DNA from: Candidatus Gottesmanbacteria bacterium
GTDB lineage: Bacteria; Patescibacteriota; Microgenomatia; UBA10105; UBA927
Assembly (NCBI GenBank): GCA_963711735.1
Contig: CAVQFA010000001.1
Span: forward strand, 1-47,606
Direction of reading: 5' to 3'
Length of the DNA stretch: 47,606 nucleotides
Made by a program: the position numbers and the translations under genes. A model generated the notes under the pieces. It saw only the letters and a list, made by a program, of their open reading frames with translations. It was not told where the DNA came from and made no database searches. Shown here one piece after another: positions 45,301 through 47,606 of this stretch. How positions within the stretch are numbered: the stretch's first letter is position 1; each line of letters starts with the position of its first letter.

Positions 45301-45641
45301 TGAAATATCGTGGTAAATGCTAAGAAAGTTACAACGTTTTTAGGGTTCGTTATGCTGAATAAAAGATTTGTTAATTTATATATAAATGCATTTCCCGATC
45401 CGAGGAATTGTTGAACCATCTTTATCAAATTTCCGGCAGGAAGAAGTACAGGGGCAATCAGTGGCGCTATAACCATTCCGCCGACAACACTGATAATACC
45501 TGCGAGAGCGCCTCTCACGAGCATTGGTGCAACAAGTTCAGGCTGGATATAGGCAGTACGTGCAAACCGTGCGGCATCATAGACCAGAAGCGGTATTCGA
45601 ATAAATATTGGTACAATTGGCGAAGTCGGGTGACATACCAA
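36363..45641 (-). CDS. Giant multi-domain membrane protein (3092 codons as drawn). N to C: hydrophobic block, FHA-like module, TM, long unassigned region, TM, Amidase_2-like domain, papain-like Cys/His domain, GNAT-like segment, degenerate GGDEF-like segment, conserved tail.
   Basis: 9.3-kb uninterrupted ORF. The first residues after the nominal start (SPIVPIFIRIPLLVYDAARFA..) are internal residues of the left-arm 1158-aa protein. The real 5' end is therefore probably the kinase ORF 45515-46510, separated by a 1-nt T-run difference at ~45623. The FHA-like stretch MLRYELVGNSRKSTVDLSGLDVVHAIVAY..LSEGDTVIIG lies at ~44847-45116. A TM (ILSGAGVASLFAIGIFAY) lies at ~41930-42040. Confidence 0.8.
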   Translation of the reverse strand: MVCHPTSPIVPIFIRIPLLVYDAARFARTAYIQPELVAPMLVRGALAGIISVVGGMVIAPLIAPVLLPAGNLIKMVQQFLGSGNAFIYKLTNLLFSITNPKNVVTFLAFTTIFQFHPLAGISQAIINRLPARITITRPAESLTGPALNDASQKPAATEEEAKTPVQKPANEAATDMLRYELVGNSRKSTVDLSGLDVVHAIVAYDAASGDIVGIAPARGKTAPVYLVKSGTTNPVLLSTHTALSEGDTVIIGSKQNIPLTVQRMQARVLVLTYPVQTKQNGKDVIEAQPFHGDDTLQTSTKSQIATLYWMTKLKKVIIPTPLVLGTILGGFTLNTTPVFGGAFTSFLSYVSYDRFITPQIVRMMRGDQLFSEGIRLASLQSGGIRKQFDTQIQPLLPAILSEGVKAAQEGKTDADVRQIIRDKVDAAITENITFTNTKTKEEIFLSDDEWEVLIDAVTDDLLGQAVQYPAEAPNVKPVIPEGSENVSGNIPTTNKGTPESGVLWVNETETDPWVEKIPNNGYMVTSRNNRGYTFSGNIRINDQFLGGKRNIEGKTGMDKEGNDHTSVSFIPLSSAERNTMGINTGGDVLVAVRMYGQLEQRTGVYYTAFALPKSTADALKETLRTNPVFIFSIVRRLNGGAFIRSDTDKPGTFEIGTNIHLLTIPETLDGILSRQVTSPFPPGFNPNPEITAYETTNERNLYPTTRGIVMGEGRTYRTRGTRNRYTLETHPERNESPVIIGSSGTDRYGKTLVHTRLLGDIEWYYERNRGWHLVNKTGKPIQVKEGSRTQEIPDKGDTPYIGDISVDITSNGVVIHVESPPDSTKDLSDQGQLHIFLSSPSKTQENQVLPQRGPNPQELDTLFTQTQNIISLRMDAGVADMLASFKSADPASSADFTDTFTRIIAEAMLNQLNSQSSIQIQSDSEAGRVVREYAATQAIQIQREIHTWIAGDKTQGRIGVVDAIIQAHIKAADENRGWDTWGRVKELMDPSIVSKRGIFSSSFLTNVRNALLQTISAQEYIKTLSSYRTSMSSRVRKPETDWSLYLLDEAITRLGNVVSGTIHNPGVITDILNFAHLAASDVPQIVKTAIGKVTVQIGGNQYTLDTVKGISADGGVRPKSGNTGWYMVKSDGTVVPKGALPKTRQNETNLYVRAVKTDDKNPIYLLEFSYGDGRTSWRAELYPVKEAQKPVETNKQGRQRISKPLAILSGAGVASLFAIGIFAYNTFFVPILNLPPRDIAPIAQVLTTETPEEFFERNFEQVPEEYTFGEDIQNQQEDEIVQTLPPAVQEQDLENDVIPPAGNAEENISVQHVTGLPEQMQPAQTGDTLLFAPRYRELPNEGTRVTPTEIIIHWDGQSGDPSGWNSNTTYNGLSGVAERETLQPDGNIVLETRSTNAHFGVGPDGIVQFLPMYETQVAESYGAFGQPGAINYELAGSDFTAANDTTNVPETEVALAVDGVISTMVQYNIPVDQIYGHNERDTYVNESGQTVDRGKPDPGTEFMTYFRGRVEARLRELGISPSNPGSGTTIQANAETLQPETQSSTTTIAYTMDVASPYDGFAQYEISRDGGIVLTSHDEWLPVDPAVLPATGYVRTADNYLSTIQYFNVTQSERYQPITTTDAYGNTIIDQTYCNVFVWDVTQALRVEIPRYAPMYNTDRGNYEVSKTNANWIADWLSGEGMEQSGWVAGRGADVGWTEITPEEAQNLANQGLPVVASARFTGVPGHIAMVIPGEGETRDGVYYPAIAQAGRSTFAGQSAWFGFHYGLDANPGSRIRYFVNRQQYVFVPTIRTSGDISRRTDTSFFTGFGGLGFVYEALKNNRLSRLVRQFITGFKKTTVAEEQPVSVTPLLQRLAGSIETIRVNYVKERQQLKGTPIPNQVSGFIKFFIRSTGKINSSIFFNPQEIQTDGKKSQTSGLIGSGPAQWFEDLANATVYKWWADTRTRGTLPVLFDAVRNRLSGLVPAFRPQQSQQNQQTKNLPAQITSRIPSDLTVFEQTNDGLNIRNSVPLTIGEGTFQVNLEGALPVFSKLTTINQKDGYITRVTVNDANDKRIGYIDIEFTRGNQNVENIANRIGADIDTVIFVSADVRVDAYREQGIATALMEYSETLASQLLAETRKYPDMYPSDIRMLRLILDGNSTGGFTSKYAESHGYQTITTGTQYVKEILPPLSQSTANQPTAEVVSNVRNTMQQAKEGLDITKEADRMVFFRKILTLSGQRIRTTAEQNISEKDVRALEKSIVRNNKSVNNIEMIVRPFIQYLLGFIIEDTFSTQAERKQWEDAVVGELRSIDTTGTLETQYFEFYNSNKLRPTPKDTFISAFEILRVTLKVPFPEEFEKRAQEIKAVNDGVRRGEVSIEEQLVNIEKSNALVFDILNFLSIYKITPVNAVSPAQPQQNLFIRIINMITGFFEAGLGQIRNNIAVETLLQVPAGSRETPGRLNSDGSTEPPAPAEDEVQNLTLPEMPSIDTIIQETEKVLLDENLVLKGPEELKRSLLMELGQQQYNGIMVKVLPAFDGRDADIGMYDQFTGNKLSRSQVQDFLNGLYSKYSRSRLVFGPGRYIIKRAQKTISVALRFDMQYLSGLNGVKTVIPNLMGDYGLHAVFGAIQNAVDAFNAKHPKYPIELHHTTGDEGLIALTFSVDNETVLTDALLNELVGSMTDSVEAIKLPYFSIDAEGKERVEIRPAKIHFDIANPLEFLNVQTIIANSQLTLDDRITFLKKVQPALAEYLDVTILDQYNDEDRAKYISLFEDLYYDPVLLPAMLETLLPNNDETTGFLPVAVYRDRKNFEANVRNKNGNGTVYLVKADIPIIMKSENYTSYAAGNIFKQHFFKRILSAIPPHIRQKFIGKDGDFLQLFTYVRNSEIYIALPGDIFDEKDAASVTDALQRINDVYLSSMSEKEYSMIVGSAYVRMSLAESDSLVFDKAFEELAPVVFLRQMQKIYTTLANKETPLSFIPHYLQYFNPYDKKGIIHLRAIGARPKEIVSLRKISIDTGNGIGFIEPDRQPGFRLDLLEILKRYIGNESKTQTLDKIQTRISTRFIEVEPFFPERTHIFADEATTYDPSVPIVSDTYTQEQPVNTSHLSLIYI
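40330..40790 (-). other. Papain-like Cys/His hydrolase domain (NlpC/P60- or CHAP-type) within the giant ORF.
   Basis: QTYCNVFVWDV carries the candidate nucleophile Cys (codon at 40740-40742). FTGVPGHIAMVIPGEG carries the candidate His (~40463-40465). The Cys-then-His order and the ~90-residue spacing fit this fold. Confidence 0.45.
41125..41605 (-). other. N-acetylmuramoyl-L-alanine amidase (Amidase_2/PGRP-type)-like domain within the giant ORF.
   Basis: The motifs occur in family order: TEIIIHWDG (first His), NAHFGVGPDGIVQF, GAINYELAG, VDQIYGHNERD (second His) and DRGKPDPGTEF (K-x-DPG). Confidence 0.6.
44241..45196. repeat. Intact copy of a ~955-nt direct repeat (right-arm FHA-like/TM module). 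The degenerate copy is at 46652-47606.
   Basis: Both copies start ttgaactgcctgtcccaga.. and run collinearly to ..gctgccggcttttgggaa at 45196 and at the window end. They differ by point changes and small indels. Confidence 0.85.
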
Positions 45642-46510
45642 GCCGTAGTTTCAAATATATTTTGACCTATACTCACTGCTTCCGGCCTGTCAAATCCTAT
45701 GGGAGTTGCGTTGAGGATGCGTGAATACCATGTTTTGTGGCCAAGTGCAATTCCTTTGTCCAAAACATTCAGAATACTTTTTGTCAATTGGGTCGCTGCA
45801 ATATTCTGCATCCACTTAGGAAGTGTAATTGTACGGGTGCTTGTTTTCCCTGTCTCCCCTGCTGTCGTCTGAGTAGTAGTTTTAACAGGTTGAGTAGTTG
45901 ATTTTTCAGTCACTTGTTTCACCGGAGCTGTCTTTGCAGCTTCTGCGTAGTTTTCTAATATACCCCGCAACGTGCCTACCGGATCTTTGGCGTCAGCAGC
46001 CATTGGTAATGGATCAATTAATCTTATCCCTGTTGCTTTTCCGTATGCGTCTTGAACAACAATAATATTGTCAGTTTTTATATCACCCCTTTTCAATCCT
46101 CTGTCAATTTGGTTCTGTAATTTACTTAAAGCATCCTGAATAACAGCATCAGGTAGGGTTCCTTTATATAAACCGAGTGTTTGTCCGTCAATATATTCCA
46201 TGACATATGCAGGGTATTCATTTCCCAAAGGATCCACTATTTGAATTTGTGCGATCGGTTGTGGATATAAAACTCCTTTTGAAGATATCAAAATACTATA
46301 TTCCATTCCTCTGTCCGGACCATATTGTCTATTATTGGGAAACACTTTTATTGCAACTGTCTTTCCTTGGTATATTCCTTTAAATACCGCAGCATTTCTA
46401 CCTCCGCCTCCGGATAGTTTCGCTGTTAATTCGTAATCAATCCCTTTATGTAGTGGGATATCTTTTGGCAGAGGTGTCGTAACAGTAGATGCTACCGGAG
46501 ATTCAGACAC
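45515..46510 (-). CDS. Protein-kinase-like domain ORF (331 codons as drawn), probably the 5' part of the giant gene.
   Basis: It carries SGGGGRNAAVFKG (Gly-rich loop), VAIKVF, YVMEYIDG, RGDIKTDNIIV and IRLIDP. It is collinear with left-arm 864-1650 up to ..ETTAWYVTRL and then leaves frame: cccgacttcgcc here against cccgactttcgcc in the left arm. The GTG start is nominal, because the frame stays open upstream into the decayed module copy. Confidence 0.65.
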   Translation of the reverse strand: MSESPVASTVTTPLPKDIPLHKGIDYELTAKLSGGGGRNAAVFKGIYQGKTVAIKVFPNNRQYGPDRGMEYSILISSKGVLYPQPIAQIQIVDPLGNEYPAYVMEYIDGQTLGLYKGTLPDAVIQDALSKLQNQIDRGLKRGDIKTDNIIVVQDAYGKATGIRLIDPLPMAADAKDPVGTLRGILENYAEAAKTAPVKQVTEKSTTQPVKTTTQTTAGETGKTSTRTITLPKWMQNIAATQLTKSILNVLDKGIALGHKTWYSRILNATPIGFDRPEAVSIGQNIFETTAWYVTRLRQLYQYLFEYRFWSMMPHGLHVLPISSLNLLHQCS

Positions 46511-46651
46511 CGGCTTGGTAGGTACTTCTGGTGCAGCTTCTGTTTCTGTTTGGATGCGTTCGTTTTCTGCCTTTGTTACATCTGTGGTTTGTAGAGTCTC
46601 CGCCTCCGATGAAGTCGTTGGCTTTGTTTCTTCTGTTGTTGCTGCAGCGGG

Positions 46652-47606
46652 TTGAACTGCCTGTCCCAGAGGTCATCTGTCACGGCATCGATGAGCACCT
46701 CCCATTCATCATCAGAAAGGAACATTCTTCTTTCGTCTTGGTATTGGTAAACGTTATGTTTTCGGTGATTGCAGCATCTACTTTGTCCCGTATGATCTGC
46801 CGCACGTCAGCATCAGTTTTTCCTTCCTGTGCTGCCTTTACCCCCTCAGAGAGAATTGCCGGAAGGAGAGGCTGTATCTGTGTATCAAACTGCTTCCGGA
46901 TACCACCGCTTTGAAGAGAGGCTAACCGGATGCCCTCAGAAAACAGCTGATCACCACGCATCATTCTGACGATCTGAGGCGTGATAAACCTGTCATACGA
47001 CACATAGGACAGAAAAGAAGTAAACGCGCCTCCGAACACAAAGTGTGTGGTATCTAAGTGTGAAACCTCCCAATATTGTCCCCAGAACCAAGGGTGTCGG
47101 AATGATGACCTTTTTCAATTTTGTCATCCAGTACAGAGTTGCAATTTGACTCTTTGTTGATGTCTGGAGCGTGTCATCACCATGGAATGGTTGTGCTTCT
47201 ATGACATCTTTTCCGTTTTGTTTCGTCTGTACGGGGTATGTCAGGACGAGTACTCCGCCCGTATTTCTCTGCACTGTGAGGGGGATATTTTGTTTGCTCC
47301 CGATGATAACGGTATCTCCCTCAGAGAGGGCTGTGTGTGTAGAGAGAAGCACGGGGTTTGTGGTTCCTGATTTTACGAGGTATACCGGCGTGGTCTTTCC
47401 CCGTGCAGGTGCAATTCCGACGATGTCACCGGATGCGGCATCGTACGCGACAATGGCATGGACAACATCAAGACCACTCAGATCTACGGTTGATTTGCGT
47501 GAATTTCCGACGAGCTCGTAGCGTAACATGTCTGTGGCAGCTTCATTTGCTGGTTTTTGGACAGGCGTTTTTGCTTCCTCCTCTGTTGCTGCCGGCTTTT
47601 GGGAAA
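46652..47606 (-). pseudogene. Decayed second copy of the right-arm FHA-like/TM module, upstream of the kinase domain and cut by the window edge.
   Basis: ORFs 46993-47529 and 46680-47039 encode residues almost identical to aa ~176-450 of the 3092-aa ORF, but in two frames with further 1-nt indels near 46670 and 46715. If those indels are ignored, the frame runs ..LGQAVQPAAATTEETKP..EAAPEVPTKPVSESPVAST straight into the kinase ORF. Confidence 0.5.

Noticed and set aside
1-47606. The palindrome as a foldback or chimeric artefact (MDA inversion chimera or long-read foldback) or one locus assembled twice.
   Set aside because: Such artefacts give identical arms. Here the arms differ by many substitutions (including silent-only stretches), indels, a 115-nt insertion, different pseudogenes and 5-kb non-homologous cassettes. 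A chimera of two strains joined exactly at a natural hairpin cannot be excluded without reads.
1-47606. The frameshifts as generic homopolymer sequencing errors.
   Set aside because: Many indels do sit in short homopolymers, so this remains possible for single events (~890, ~28940, ~45623). The strong clustering argues against a uniform error process for the multi-hit genes: five or more shifts in a 1.6-kb gene, four in a 1.7-kb gene and six or more in 600 nt at each window end, against none in the 9.3-kb, 4.7-kb and 3.5-kb ORFs.
1-47606. CRISPR arrays, tRNA/rRNA genes, IS elements or integrases, and alternative genetic codes.
   Set aside because: There are no regularly spaced short direct repeats, no cloverleaf-like or rRNA-like stretches in the short intergenic regions, and no ORF with transposase or recombinase motifs. 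Long ORFs end at TGA, TAA and TAG under the standard code, so recoding does not need to be invoked.

Overview
The window is essentially one giant imperfect palindrome. Two arms of about 23.6 kb mirror each other around an axis at 23641/23642. The axis has two perfect 79-nt inverted arms, a 45-nt spacer and a nested GC hairpin. Outward from the axis, both arms carry the same genes in mirror order: a 470-aa membrane protein, a 534-aa membrane protein, a 580-aa ArnT/PMT-like GT-C protein, a 251-aa membrane-anchored protein, a 546-aa polytopic protein, a 644-aa GT-C protein with a C-terminal NPCBM-like module, a YfhO-like protein of about 855 aa, and giant multi-domain ORFs (1158+588+1581 aa on the left; 3092+331 aa on the right). 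The arms have diverged. By eye, paralogue pairs range from about 97% to about two-thirds amino-acid identity. Gene decay is reciprocal: the 534- and 470-aa genes are broken in the left arm, and the 580- and 251-aa genes are broken in the right arm. The giant genes share a kinase-like/TM head and a tail of about 1100 aa carrying GNAT-like and degenerate GGDEF-like signatures. Their middles differ: HExxH segments on the left, and Amidase_2-like plus papain-like Cys/His (NlpC/P60- or CHAP-type) domains on the right. Each arm also carries a decayed extra copy of its own FHA-like/TM module upstream of the kinase. I saw no rRNA, tRNA, CRISPR array, transposase or integrase. Translation fits the standard code, with TGA, TAA and TAG all used as stops. 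All domain calls are motif readings by eye, not searches. The many GT-C proteins, the giant ORFs and the absence of housekeeping genes are reminiscent of uncultivated small-genome bacteria such as CPR, but that is only a guess.
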